Assembly: GCA_964016885.1 (NCBI GenBank) | Contig: OZ024740.1 | Coordinates: forward strand, 222,208,001-222,272,000 | Source: Eledone cirrhosa | Lineage: Eukaryota | DNA length: 64,000 bases | Reading direction: 5' to 3' | Shown: positions 29,988 through 44,878 of the stretch, in pieces | Position numbering within the stretch: the first letter of the stretch is position 1 | Layout of the letters: every line of letters begins with the position of its first letter | The notes under the pieces: model-generated | What the model was told of the DNA's origin: nothing | Seen by the model: only the letters and a program-made list of their open reading frames with translations | The model's database searches: none | Translations under genes and position numbers: made by a program

Positions 29988-30595
29988 GTGGTTAATAAAT
30001 TACAGCTATCAACTATTGGCAGCTACCAGTTTGTTGTAAAGCAGTGTTATGTGCAAATACGGGAAGGATAAGATGACTTACCGGTATGATTGTGCTCAAC
30101 TGATTTTCGTAATATCAGTTGTGATACCAAGTAAGACAAATCAATCCAATATGGATGATACACGAAGTTTTACATATAGTATTAAACCCATACCACGGAA
30201 GATATACGTTTAATACTCTTGATCAGTGTGAAATAATGGATTGTGTAATAATGTAGATTTCAGAAGCCGAGAAGAGATCTGCATAAAATAGCTGTTCTCT
30301 ATATATTTCAGTTCATATAAGTATGTGTTTGTATAATGTCTCTGTTACATTCTCTGTTGCATATACTGTGACCCAGAGAGGCCAGGAGTGCCGTCCAGTG
30401 GAGCAAAAACTATGCACATCCTCTTCAATGACTCATGTCCACGAAGGTTTTTATTTGTTGCCACGGGTTTCCCCCTTTGTTCTCACATTAGTTAAATAAA
30501 TAAATAAATAAATATATATATATATATATAAATATTTTGAGTATATGTTGGTTGTTTACCGACACCTCAGTATGCAGATTGGCACACTAATTCGG

Positions 30596-30649
30596 ACTGC
30601 CTGAAGAGGTCACAGCAAAGATGGCTGTCACAGAAATATATATAGCAGT
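30596..30649 (+). ncRNA. Type I hammerhead ribozyme (family F)
   Basis: actgc-CTGAAGA-ggtcacagc aaagatg gctgtcaca-GAAA-tatata-TA-gcagt. Stem I is a perfect 5 bp, stem III is a palindromic (AT)n, and AATAAA follows immediately. Confidence 0.8.
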
Positions 30650-30695
30650 AATAAACGAGGCCAAATTCTAAATATTTGACTTATTTATTTTATTT

Positions 30696-30733
<38 letters not shown>

Positions 30734-30868
30734 CGTGCGTATGTGTGCACATGTGTGTGTGTGTATGCATGTTTGTAGGTTTGTTTTTGCACGTTTTTGT
30801 ATGTGTTTTCGTTTGTGTCTGGGTCTCTTTTTTACATTATGAATACAAAATGAATTACTAGATAATTG

Positions 30869-31052
30869 TTTCTACTTTTGGTACAAGGCCAGAAAATACC
30901 CAGTGTATTACTGGTACTTTATTTTATCGACCCCATAAGGATGAAAGACAAAGTTAACCTCGGCGGGATTTGAACTCAGAATGGTACGGGCCATAACTCT
31001 ATGCGTCAAAGCATGGCGTCCGACCCTCTACCAATACTGTCAATCCACCGCC
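30869..31052 (-). mobile_element. SINE with a ~20-bp target site duplication
   Basis: Close match to 8411-8597. AATGAATTACTAGATAATTG occurs at 30849-30868 and 31057-31076. Confidence 0.9.
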
Positions 31053-31834
31053 CTTGAATGAATTACTAGATAATTGAATATATATATAACTGCTAGCTGC
31101 CTATATATATAGTTGATAGCTATAATTTATTCACCACATGTTTCCGTATTAAAATAAATCTATAAGCATAATCAGAACAGAAGTGTATATTAACAGTCTA
31201 GAAATAATCATCAACCTACTAAAATGTCATTTTTTATTTGGTAGTTTCGGAGGAAATGAATATCCACATGGCCTTTAGATGTGATATTGGCATTCTGCTT
31301 AAATTTTCGCTTGATCATTCCTTCAGGAAAGACAACTAGCAAACAGTTCCTAGCGGTGGTTGTTCTGAGCAGGAAGGAAACGTCAGTAGTTAGTGTGGAC
31401 CGAGTGGTGAGAGAAAGAGATACGAAGAAGTGAGGGTTTCAGTGTAAAAGGCATGGGACCAGCAAGTTCTGAGAAACGAAGAACATTGTAGAAATTCTAA
31501 AAGAGGTGGCGGTAGGATAGCACCCTTCTGTGGCCTATATCTAGGCATCCTAAATCATACAAAAGTACGTTTCAATTAAATATTCTTACTTTTATAATCA
31601 GGCTAAACATTCCAAAGATTATTTAAATCACCTTGGTTATGAAGTAGATTTTTCTAGATGATAGCGTGTAAAGTATTCTCGTCAAACACTTGTGTTAGGC
31701 TCATTGATTATTGTCACTTGAAATAACAGCAAAATACCTCCTTCCATGAAGGTAAAACCAATCTCACCAGAAAATCATAATTTATTCCTTACTCTACTTT
31801 AATGATGATATTTTCTGGCTACCAATATTTAATA

Positions 31835-31863
31835 CTAGACCACTCGTGACCCGTTGGATCACG
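31835..31863 (-). mobile_element. Helitron-type 3' terminus (hairpin + CTAG)
   Basis: Minus strand: CGTGATCCAACGGGTCACG hairpin, 6 nt, then CTAG|T. Confidence 0.5.
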
Positions 31864-31977
31864 TTCTTTACAAAATAGTTTTAAAAAAACCATGTTACCT
31901 CAAGAATAATTTTTAAATAATTAAGATATACGTAGACATGAATATAATGTGAAATGAAACTAGAAGGTCTATATATA

Positions 31978-32854
<877 letters not shown>

Positions 32855-32905
32855 TATACATGTGAGTATGTATATATAAATGTGTGTGTAAATATACACA
32901 CACAT

Positions 32906-32953
<48 letters not shown>

Positions 32954-33036
32954 GTTATTCCGGGTTGAATCGGAGGTAACCACAGTAAGTAAGGTACTCA
33001 ATACATAGCAGAGTATAAAAGTTTTAATATAGATGA

Positions 33037-33085
33037 GATTCTACAGGACTGGAACTGTTTCATTCTTTAGAAATCATCAGGAATC
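33037..33085 (-). ncRNA. Type I hammerhead ribozyme (family G) within a unit at ~32953-33340
   Basis: gattc-CTGATGA-tttctaaagaat-GAAA-cag ttccagtc ctg-TA-gaatc. Stem I is a perfect 5 bp and stem III is 4 bp. Confidence 0.88.
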
Positions 33086-33359
33086 TGGCTTTCCAAAAAT
33101 AAATGTTGTGGTATTTATATCAATTTTCAGGTGGTAGGAGAGGGTGGGGAGTGGGATGGGTAGAGTTCATTGGTTGAAAGAAAAGGGAATTAATTAAAAG
33201 CTAAATCTTCAAAGCTATAATTTATATTTAGAGTGACAAAGGCAAAATGAATTCTATAAACCAGTTCAAAATATTGGATGCCTATCATATTATTATCTTC
33301 AAATTTCTCTTAAGCTATATTGCAGGTGTCGACAGACACATTCACACACACACACACAC

Positions 33360-33399
<40 letters not shown>

Positions 33400-33951
33400 G
33401 CATATATATACATATATGTACATATATATATATATACACATACACACATATATACATATATACATATACTCATACATAAATATATATTTATATATATATA
33501 TATATGTATATATTTTTATATATATATATACATATACATATATACACATATACATATATATATATATACATATATACAAACACATATATATATATATACA
33601 CATACATATACATATATATACATGCACACACATACATATATATATACATATATATACATATATATATACATACACACATACACACACACACACATACACA
33701 CACATATATATAAATATATACAAATATATACATATATATGTGTATATATATAGACTCATATACATACATACACACATATACACACATATACATATATACA
33801 CATATATACATATATACACATATACATATACATATACATATATAGATACATATACATACATACACACATACATACATATATATGAATATATATATATATA
33901 TATACATACACATACATACACATATACATACATACACAAATATATATATAT

Positions 33952-33989
<38 letters not shown>

Positions 33990-33990
33990 A
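33360..33990. repeat. (TA)n/(CA)n compound microsatellite
   Basis: Directly visible. Confidence 0.95.
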
Positions 33991-34401
33991 CAATATATTA
34001 ACAAATGGAAACTATATTTATAAAACCATATTTATTTCATTATACTTATTTCAAGGAAACCAAAGCAAATTATGGTGCGCTTTCATCAGATAAAATACAA
34101 TATAGATGAGTTTTATAAACAAATATTGACATACTATTAAAGAAAGCGACCATGTCGCTTGAAATATGTATAATGAAATAAATATGGTTTCATAGATATA
34201 GTTTCCATTTGTTAATATATTGTATTTTTACTCCAAAAATTTGTTGAGTGCTTTATATCAGTTATAAAAATATTTGCTTGTATATATATGTATAAGTATG
34301 CGTATGTGTATGTGTGTGTATATATATATATATTTATATATATATATAGATATGTAGAAGTTATATTTAATTTGTTGGGATACAAGCAAATATTTTTATA
34401 A

Positions 34402-34461
<60 letters not shown>

Positions 34462-35111
34462 TAAGTATGTATGTGTGTATACGTACATACATATATGTAT
34501 ACAGACGAACAGTAGTATGTATATATATACATACATGCACATATATATATATGCACGTATCGGTTTACCCTAAATTTATTATAATGCTCGGTTTGTTTGT
34601 CTGTAAACAAACAAACAGCCCGAATTACGCCGTACAGTGTTTAGGCAACCACGTCACCTTTTTGTTCAACACTGACACAGGAACGATATAGTAGTTTCAA
34701 GCTTATTAGCTATCGTTAGCATCGTATACCTTCCTGCCAGATAGTTGAACGTCTGAAAGTATATACTTTCCTCATGCATATTAACGGCTGAGCAGCCTAA
34801 TGTGCATATCGAGTGAGTTCAGTCAGCCGGGCACACCGAAAACTATAAATGGAATAGAATGAAACGAAATTTCATTTCTCACTCTTAGTACGGCACTTAC
34901 TTAAATGTAAGTATGTATGTATGTATACTTACATACATATATATATATATACAGACGTACAGTAGTATGTATATATATACATACATGCACACATATATAT
35001 ATGCACGTATCGGTTTACCGATACGTGCATGCAAATTAGGCTGCTCAGCCGTTAATATGCATGAGGAAAGTATATACTTTCTGACGTTCAGCCATCTGGC
35101 AGGAAGGTATA

Positions 35112-35152
35112 CGATGCTGACGATAGCTAATAAGCTTGAAACTAGTACGTTG
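35112..35152 (+). ncRNA. Hammerhead ribozyme (family H)
   Basis: cgatg-CTGACGA-tagct aata agctt-GAAA-ctag-TA-cgttg. A small downstream deletion leaves a wobble-paired stem I. Confidence 0.8.
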
Positions 35153-35542
35153 AACAAAAAGGTGACGTGGTTGCCTAAACACTGTACGGCGTAATTCGGG
35201 CTGTTTATTTGTTTACAAACAAACAAACCGAGCATTATAATAAATGTTCGGTAAACCGATACGTGCATATATATATATATGTGTGCATGTATGTATATAT
35301 ATACATACTCCTGTACGTCTGTATATATATATATGTATGTACGTATACATACATACTTACATTTAAGTAAGTGCCGTACTAAGAGTGAAAAATGAAATTT
35401 CGTTTCATTCTATTCCATTTATCGTTTTTGGTGCGCCCGGCCGACTGAACTCACTCGATATGCAAATTAGGCTGCTAAGCCGTTAATATGCATAAGGAAA
35501 GTATATACTTTCAGACGTTCAACCATCTCGCAGGAAGGTATA

Positions 35543-35583
35543 CAATGCTGACGATAGCTAATAAGCTTGAAACTAGTACATCA
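35543..35583 (+). ncRNA. Hammerhead ribozyme (family H)
   Basis: atg-CTGACGA-tagct aata agctt-GAAA-ctag-TA-cat. The stem is extended by caggaa/ttcctg. Confidence 0.85.
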
Positions 35584-35970
35584 TTCCTGTGTCAGTGTTG
35601 AACAAAAAGGTGGCGCGGTTGCCTAAACACTGTACGGCGTAATTCAGGCTGTTTGTTTGTTTACAAACAAACAAACCGAGCATTATAATAAATGTTCGGT
35701 AAACCGATACCTGCATATATATATATATGTGTGCATGTATTTATATATATACATACTACTGCACGTCTGTATACATATATGTATGTACGTATACATACAT
35801 ACTTAGATTTAAGTAAGTGCCGTACTAAGAGTGAGAAATGAAATTTCGTTTCATTCTATTCCATATATATATATATATATACACACATATATATATACAT
35901 ATATATAAATATATACACACATACACACATATATAAACACACACATACATACATATATACACACATACAT

Positions 35971-36021
<51 letters not shown>

Positions 36022-36052
36022 TATATATATATATACATATATATACATTCAC

Positions 36053-36083
<31 letters not shown>

Positions 36084-36133
36084 AGTATGTGTGTATACGT
36101 ACATACATATATGTATACAGACGTACAGTGGCA

Positions 36134-36171
<38 letters not shown>

Positions 36172-36330
36172 TACATACAGGTACACATACATATATGCAC
36201 GTATCAGTTTAGCGGACGCTTATTATAACGCCGCTTTGATCGTTTGTAAACAAACTGTAGAGCCTGAATTTTTATGCCGTACGGTGTTAAGGCAAACACG
36301 TCACCTTTTTGTTCAACACTGACACAGGAA

Positions 36331-36371
36331 CGATGTACTAGTTTCAAGCTTGTTAGCTATCATCAGCACCG
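36331..36371 (-). ncRNA. Hammerhead ribozyme (family H)
   Basis: cggtg-CTGATGA-tagct aaca agctt-GAAA-ctag-TA-catcg. Confidence 0.9.
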
Positions 36372-36608
36372 TATACCCATCTGCCAGATAGTTGAACGTT
36401 CGAAAGTATATACCTTCCTTATGAAAATTAACGGCTGGGCAGCCTAATTTGCATATCGAGTGAGCTAAGTCGGTCAGGCATACCGAAAACGATAAGTTGA
36501 AATAAAATGAAAACGAAATTTCATTTCTCACTCTTAATACGGGACTTACTTAAATGTAAGTATGTGTGTATACGTACATACATATATGTATACAGACGTA
36601 CAGTGGCA

Positions 36609-36656
<48 letters not shown>

Positions 36657-36815
36657 TACATACAGGTACACATACATATATGCACGTATCAGTTTAGCGG
36701 ACGCTTATTATAACGCCGCTTTGTTCGTTTGTAAACAAACTGAACAGCCTGGATTTTTATGCCGTACGGTGTTAAGGCAACCACGTCACCTTTTTGTTCA
36801 ACCCTGACACAGGAA

Positions 36816-36856
36816 CGATGTACTAGTTTCAAGCTTGTTAGCTATCATCAGCACCG
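36816..36856 (-). ncRNA. Hammerhead ribozyme (family H)
   Basis: Identical motif to 36331-36371. Confidence 0.9.
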
Positions 36857-37112
36857 TATACCCATCTGCCAGATAGTTGAACGTTCGAAAGTATATACTT
36901 TCCTTATGAAAATTAACGGATGAGCAGCCTAATTTGCATATCGAGTGAGCTAAGTCGGTCAGGCATACCGAAAACGATGAATTGAAATAAAATGAAAACG
37001 AAATTTTATTTCTCACTCTTAATACGGCACTTAAGTAAGTGCCGTACTAAGAGTGAGAAATGAAATTTCGTTTTCATTTTATTTCAACTGATATATATAA
37101 ACATATATATAA

Positions 37113-37153
<41 letters not shown>

Positions 37154-37162
37154 TATATATAA

Positions 37163-37224
<62 letters not shown>

Positions 37225-37272
37225 GCATATATATATACATATACACACACATACACACATATATACATACAC

Positions 37273-37303
<31 letters not shown>

Positions 37304-37382
37304 TATATATATATGTATATATATCTATACATACATATACATACATATACATATATGTATATATATATATATATACATAGAT

Positions 37383-37414
<32 letters not shown>

Positions 37415-38023
37415 CCATACATCCGTGTAACTTACCACTTTCAACCATCCTCTAACACCATCACCTATATAACTCACCCACACACACATCCCAAAACAAT
37501 TTTTTTTTATCCACACGCCACCCACACCCACAACACGCTTAAACCACACACACGTGCTTCCCACCACATATTTACACCCTCAGCCCCTGATTCCTCTATC
37601 CCCACACGCACAGACCCTCCGACACATAAACACACCCCCCACACACACCTTCCTGAACATGCAACCCCGTTCTTCCCCCAACCCTCACTTTCACATACAC
37701 ACACACACACACACACGCACACCTAACCACACGCACCACCTTCAGCCCTCCCCGCTCGGACACCCCGTCTCCCTCTCCCCACTCCACCCGCCTCCACCTC
37801 TACTCACCCCACACCCTTCCACCACCTGTTTACCCCCCTTTTAATTTCAGTTTATTTTGATCATGCCTTTATTTTTAAATGTTCTCATTCCTTGTATTTT
37901 GATCATGCTTTATTTTTATTTATTATTTATTATATTTTTGTCTTTATTTGTTAATTTTTCATTCGCACCGTTTCCTTTCGCTATATGTCTCTCCACCACT
38001 CCCCTACACACCTTTTGAACTCT

Positions 38024-38054
38024 CACCTGAAGAAGGGCTTATGCCCGAAACGTC
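38024..38054 (+). ncRNA. Minimal hammerhead ribozyme (family D) in a PLE 3' unit at ~37430-38145
   Basis: CTGAAGAAGGGCTTATGCCCGAAACGTC, identical to 19884-19911. AATAAA lies downstream. Confidence 0.8.
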
Positions 38055-38142
38055 GTCCTCCACCTACCCCCCACTCTCCTGAGCGTGAATTTAATAAACA
38101 ATTGTCGTACTGCCTCTCTGTTCTGTCCCTGTTCAATTTTTC

Positions 38143-39180
<1,038 letters not shown>

Positions 39181-39229
39181 ACGTTGTTGGGTTTGAAGGA
39201 TTTAGAGGGGCTAAAAGGGGGAAGTCGTT

Positions 39230-40165
39230 TTTATCCATCGAATATTAACATTGGCTTAACATTTTCGAAAGTTGCAAAGTTTTTGTGCATGCAGTTCGGG
39301 CAGTGTTCAGAGAGTTTGTTCAGCAGCGGGCCCCAGGCGAATAAAATTTCGTAGCTCTCTGAGATACAAAGGTCGCAGCCCTTGTGTCCTTCGTTGTAAG
39401 AGCACGCTTATGGAGTATTTTCCATCTAAGCGTGAATGGGGTGGATTTCCTTTTGAGGTCCCAAACACAGGAGGCGAGTGTTGTCTGCTTTTATTTGTCC
39501 GGTCTTCTGAAGGAGTGGGTATGGGCATACCAACGGGTCTTAAAATTATTGGAAGTCATGCCGATGTAAGTCGGTTTGTTGTTGAATTCATCGGTGCCTG
39601 AGATGACATCGCATTTGTATACGATATCATTTGCCAGGCATTTGTTTTCAAGTGGGCAGGCTTCCTTATTTAGGCAATTACAGAAGGCCCCAGTCCGGGG
39701 ATTGGGTTCGGAGGTGGTTGGCTTATCTAATTTTTTAGAATTGTCACTGGCTATATTCCTAGCTAGGTTAGGTGGTGGAGTAGGAGAGTCTTATTGTGTT
39801 CTTATTAAAGATGGTGTAGTACCTATGCTGTATGGGGAAGTGTGTGTTCAGCAAAGTGAAGAAAATCCTAGCTATAGGTGTAGATACCTCTCTATTAATG
39901 GGAGGGTTTTACCAGCTAATCTGCCTATGCCTATTCCTCCTCTGCAGTCTTACGGTGGTTTCTAGGTAGGTTATATTTTCTTTAAATCCGCTGCGGGCGA
40001 GGGCGTCATTGTAGTAGGAGGCAGAGGCGTTAAATATATCTTCATTGGCAGAGAGGACAGACATTCTAATAAAGACGCTGTTATCAGTGATGTTTTTGGG
40101 GTGGTTAGAATTAACATTAATATATCTAAGGGACTCGTTAGTTTTGTGGTACGGGTAATAGAGGG
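39230..40165 (-). pseudogene. Penelope-like element remnant: RT C-terminal region plus GIY-YIG endonuclease
   Basis: YYPYHKTNESLRYINVNSNHPKNI..IRMSVLSANEDIF..YNDALARSGF; CNCLNKEACPLENKCLANDIVYKC..TYIGMTSNNFKTRWYAHTHSF; VWDLK..LRWKIL; CDLCISE. It contains stops and frameshifts. Confidence 0.92.
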
Positions 40166-40199
40166 TGTATATGTGTGTATGTGTGTGTATATATGTATA

Positions 40200-40247
<48 letters not shown>

Positions 40248-40782
40248 CAAAAAACGAAACGAAATTAAATTTCGTTTCGTTTGTAACTCACTTTTGTATG
40301 ACTGACGCTTAAACAATTAAGTTACAAATGTACATCCGCATATGTATACTGAAATACTAGTATGCATATGAATACACACACGTATACATATGTAGGTTTC
40401 CTCAAAAACCAGTATGACTCTAAAATCCGGTTTGTCTGTGTGTTTACATACAGAATAGCTGGATACTCACAGTAAAGTAACCAGTGAAAAACTTGGTACA
40501 TCTACATATGTATACGTGTGTGTATTCATATGCATACTAGTATTTCAGTATACATATGCGGATGTACATTTTTAACTTAATTGTTTAAGCGTCAGTCATA
40601 CAAAAGTGAGTTACAAACGAAACGAAATTTAATTTCGTTTCGTTATTTGTTTTTATCGTCTCCGTTGAACCGGTACGTACTCACACTCTATGCAAATTAG
40701 TCTGCCCACTACTAATTTTCATAGAAAAAGCATATAACGATATGTGCTTTTACGATTCTCCAGAAAGGCCGGTAGATAGGTA

Positions 40783-40827
40783 AATATTGCTGATGAGTTG
40801 TAACAACAACGAAACTAGTTCAATATT
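40783..40827 (+). ncRNA. Type I hammerhead ribozyme (family I, related to H) in a tandem/inverted unit at 40243-41050
   Basis: aatattg-CTGATGA-gttgt aaca acaac-GAAA-ctag-TT-caatatt. Stem I is a perfect 7 bp and stem II is 5 bp. An outer stem ttctccagaaag/ctttctggagaa extends it. Confidence 0.93.
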
Positions 40828-41045
40828 CCTTGTCTGGCTTTCTGGAGAATAGAGGAAAGGTGTTTCCTAAAAAACCAGTATGACTCTAAAAACCGGTTTG
40901 TCTGTGTGTTTACATACAGAATAGCTGGATACTCACAGTAAAGTAACCAGTGAAAGACTTGGTACATCTACATATGTATACGTGTGTGTATTCATATGCA
41001 TACTAGTATTTCAGTATACATATGCGGATGTACATTTTTAACTTA

Positions 41046-41093
<48 letters not shown>

Positions 41094-41224
41094 GATAAAT
41101 CTACCAAGAGTTTACGGTAGTGTCCAATCCGTATGAAGAACTCAATGTATTCCGGATATCATGGAAAGAAGAGATGTAATGAAAAATCACTTTCGGTGAA
41201 AGATAAACGGAATACAGAGTCAAG

Positions 41225-41373
41225 ATTATTTCTGAAGACGGCATATATGTGTGTTTGGTATGTATATTTAATCTTGATAGTTTGTATAATTTTGTATAAT
41301 TTTGTACATAGATCTGTTGAATATGCATGCCAATTCTAACACAAATATATCCTAGAAACGATCGTTAAATAAT
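41225..41373 (+). ncRNA. Hammerhead ribozyme with a ~116-nt stem II (family J)
   Basis: attattt-CTGAAGA-..atatatgtgtgtt..aacacaaatatat..-GAAA-cgatcg-TT-aaataat. Stem I is a perfect 7 bp and stem III is the palindrome ACGATCGT. Confidence 0.8.
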
Positions 41374-41430
41374 GAACTTTTTTTGTTTAATATAAGGAAC
41401 TGTTTCATTGTTTTATTCATTATTTGTTTA

Positions 41431-41503
<73 letters not shown>

Positions 41504-41547
41504 AATGAATAATAACAGGTAGACATAAAAAGGTAATTTATTCCGTG

Positions 41548-41659
41548 TGCTTACAAATGTTTCCACTGTGGTACTACAGCCTAGATATGCTATGTGCAAA
41601 TTTACAAGTATTTGCAGAACTCAAATATCCATTGCTGTGACCACTGCATCCTCAGAGCA
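41548..41659 (-). ncRNA. Hammerhead ribozyme with a long branched stem II (family K)
   Basis: tgct-CTGAGGA-tgcagtggt..accacagtg-GAAA-catttg-TA-agca. Confidence 0.8.
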
Positions 41660-42486
41660 GAATGATAAAATGTACAATGTAAATACCCTTAAGTAGGGTT
41701 GTTGGGGAAGATAGAGTAGAAAAGGAAGAGAGAAACGTAGGGGAGAGGGAGAGAGAGAGAAAGATATGCACAAGACTTGGCAACTCCGTGAACGCAACCA
41801 ACAGTTCACCTTAAAATGGGATATACTTGCCAGCGCAAGTGCATATCGGAGTGGATTCAAGTACTGCAGGTTATGTAACCTTGAACTTTTTTACATATTA
41901 AAATCCAAAAACAAACTACTTAAAGATAGAATTGAACGACCATTATACTGCAACCACAAACTAAAAGCTAAATTCTCTCACCATAAAATTACTTAACATT
42001 CGAACCCGTAACTATAACATCGCTTTCTAGCTAACCACCTTCTCTTCCCCCACACTACAAGACAATACACTGCTTATCACTATAAATGGTAACTCATTGC
42101 AATTCACAGATTACTACTACAAACCCAAAGTTCACTCACCACATAAACTTCGTCTGTCCCCTCTCTACCTCTCTCTCTACATCCATTACACTCTCTCTCT
42201 CTCGCCTCTGGCCTACCTCCCTCTCCACATCTATGAACCTGCCCTCTGGGGCAATAAATAATTCCGACCTTAACTATCAACGCATCTCTCCAAAAGTAAC
42301 CAGTATAATAAAACCCCTACTATAACATTTTGATTAAGATATCTACAAACCACTCTCTACTACTTCTCCAACCCTTGCATATCTTTCTCTCTCTCTCCCT
42401 CTCCCCTACTTGTCTCTCTTCCTTTTCTACTCTATCTTCCCCAACAACCCCACTTAAGGGTATTTACATTGTACATTTTACCATTC

Positions 42487-42598
42487 TGGTCTGAGGATAC
42501 AGTGGTCACAGCATTGGATATTTGAGTTCTGCAAATACTTGTAAATTTGCACATAGCATATCTAGGCTGTAGTATCACCGTGGAAACATTTGTAAGCA
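42487..42598 (+). ncRNA. Hammerhead ribozyme with a long branched stem II (family K)
   Basis: tggt-CTGAGGA-tacagtggt..atcaccgtg-GAAA-catttg-TA-agca. Confidence 0.75.
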
Positions 42599-42790
42599 CA
42601 CGGAATAAATTACCTTTTTATGATGTCTACCTGTTATTATTCATTGTTTATATACACTCAGGAATACAGAAGGATCAGGAACTAAGTTTCTTCAACAATT
42701 CTTCCATAACTCGTAGAGTAACTTCTCACCGTATGTCAACCATATCCAGTGTAGTAATTAACCATTACTACATCTTGGGTAATCCTATAC

Positions 42791-42836
<46 letters not shown>

Positions 42837-42905
42837 GTATAGGATTACCCAAGATGTAGTAATGGTTAATTACTACACTGGATATGGTTGACATACGGTG
42901 AGAAG

Positions 42906-42907
<2 letters not shown>

Positions 42908-42941
<34 letters not shown>

Positions 42942-43212
42942 ATGTATATATATGTGTATGTATATATATATATATGTATATATATGTGTATGTATATATA
43001 TATATATATGTATATATATGTATATATATATATATATGTGTGTATGTATGTGTGTGTGTATGTATGTGTGTATGTTTATATATGTGTATATGTGTGTATA
43101 TATTTATATATATATATGTATGTGTATATGTGTATGTATATGTATATATATATATATGCATATATATATATGTGTATATGTATATATATATATATGTATG
43201 TGTATATGTGTA

Positions 43213-43243
<31 letters not shown>

Positions 43244-43262
43244 GCATATATATATATATGTG

Positions 43263-43321
<59 letters not shown>

Positions 43322-43470
43322 GTATGTATATATGTGTATATGTGTATATATATATATTCATATATATGTATGTATGTGGGTATGTATATATATGTATCTA
43401 TATATGTATATATATGTATATGTTTATATGTGTATATATGTATATGTGTGTATACGTGTGTATGTATATG

Positions 43471-43505
<35 letters not shown>

Positions 43506-43608
43506 GTGTATATATCTATATATATGCGTCTGTATGTGTGTGTGTATATATATATATGTATATATATGTATGTGTGTGTATGTATATATGTATATGTATG
43601 TGTGTGTG

Positions 43609-43644
<36 letters not shown>

Positions 43645-43752
43645 AGTATATATATGTATATATGTGTATATGTATATATATATCTGTATATGTATGTGTA
43701 AATATATATATATATCTGTATATGTATGTGTAAATATATATATATATGAATA

Positions 43753-43814
<62 letters not shown>
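42908..43814. repeat. (TA)n/(TG)n compound microsatellite
   Basis: Directly visible. Confidence 0.95.
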
Positions 43815-43817
<3 letters not shown>

Positions 43818-43830
43818 TTAATATAGATGA

Positions 43831-43879
43831 GATTCTACAGGACTAGAACTGTTTCATTCTTTAGAAATCATCAGGAATC
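43831..43879 (-). ncRNA. Hammerhead ribozyme (family G)
   Basis: Reverse complement of 43883-43931. Confidence 0.88.
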
Positions 43880-43882
43880 CCT

Positions 43883-43931
43883 GATTCCTGATGATTTCTA
43901 AAGAATGAAACAGTTCTAGTCCTGTAGAATC
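43883..43931 (+). ncRNA. Hammerhead ribozyme (family G)
   Basis: gattc-CTGATGA-tttctaaagaat-GAAA-cag ttctagtc ctg-TA-gaatc. Confidence 0.88.
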
Positions 43932-44014
43932 TCATCTATATTAAAACTTTTATACTCTGCAATTTATTGAGTACCTTACTTACTGTGGTTACCTCAGATT
44001 CAACCGGGAATAAC

Positions 44015-44066
<52 letters not shown>

Positions 44067-44878
44067 GTATGTGTGTATGTATATATATATATGTATATAT
44101 ATCTCTGTGTGTATGCATATATATATGAGTTTATAAGAGCCCACTTGTATATAAAATTATGGATTATATACAAGTTTCTACATAGCCTCGAAATTATTTA
44201 TCCCAAATTGTAGAAATCTTATAACGAACCGGCCGTCTGGAAGAAAAGAGATATTTATTTAATAATGTCTCATATAAAATAATACAACCAATTATCCACG
44301 AAATACTGATTAGTTAGCACGTCAAACACAAAATTGGGATAATACTTAAGTATATTCTAATGTTTGTTGCGTGAGATGGAGTTGGTCGGAGTATAGCTTA
44401 AGGCTTTCTCTGTTTATGTATTGAATATATACTCTTGGGAGCTTGATATGGATGCCAGATATAAGGTATGACTCTTTATTATCATTATGTTTTATATGAA
44501 ATACTGATTGATCTTCCTTGTATCCCATGTCTGATATAGCCTTAGAGAATAACTATGTGTATATGTGTGTGATCCATACATATATTTCTTATGTTTTAAT
44601 ATCTCTGTGTGTGCATTTGTTATATATACATATGATTATTCTTTTAAATTTCCAATTGAGTTCTTCTACACGTGGTTAATACCTAACAGGTTTAATTGAC
44701 CAGCGTGTATATTGTTTTATTTTACGATGACCTCCATTTACCCTTTTGGGGACAGCGTGTAATTTATCTTTGGGAGGACTGCTGGATTCTACTCTATCAG
44801 TCTCTTCCTAGCGCTGAGGGAAACCATCACCATTCTATTAATGTCGATATAATTCTTATATCGATATTAATTTGGGCA

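Larger units (their letters stand above)
34464..37088. mobile_element. Five-unit retrozyme-like array (family H; ~430-485-bp units; orientation -,+,+,-,-)
   Basis: Each unit carries one HHR. The + strand cores are 431 bp apart and the last two - strand cores are 485 bp apart. Confidence 0.85.
41501..42648 (+). mobile_element. 5'-truncated Penelope-like insertion: inverted pLTR + GIY-YIG C-terminus (~41776-41996) + pLTR
   Basis: WQLRERNQQFTLKWDILASASAYRSGFKYCRLCNLE..CNHK. 41501-41770 is the reverse complement of ~42375-42648. Both ends abut TA-rich sequence. Confidence 0.9.
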
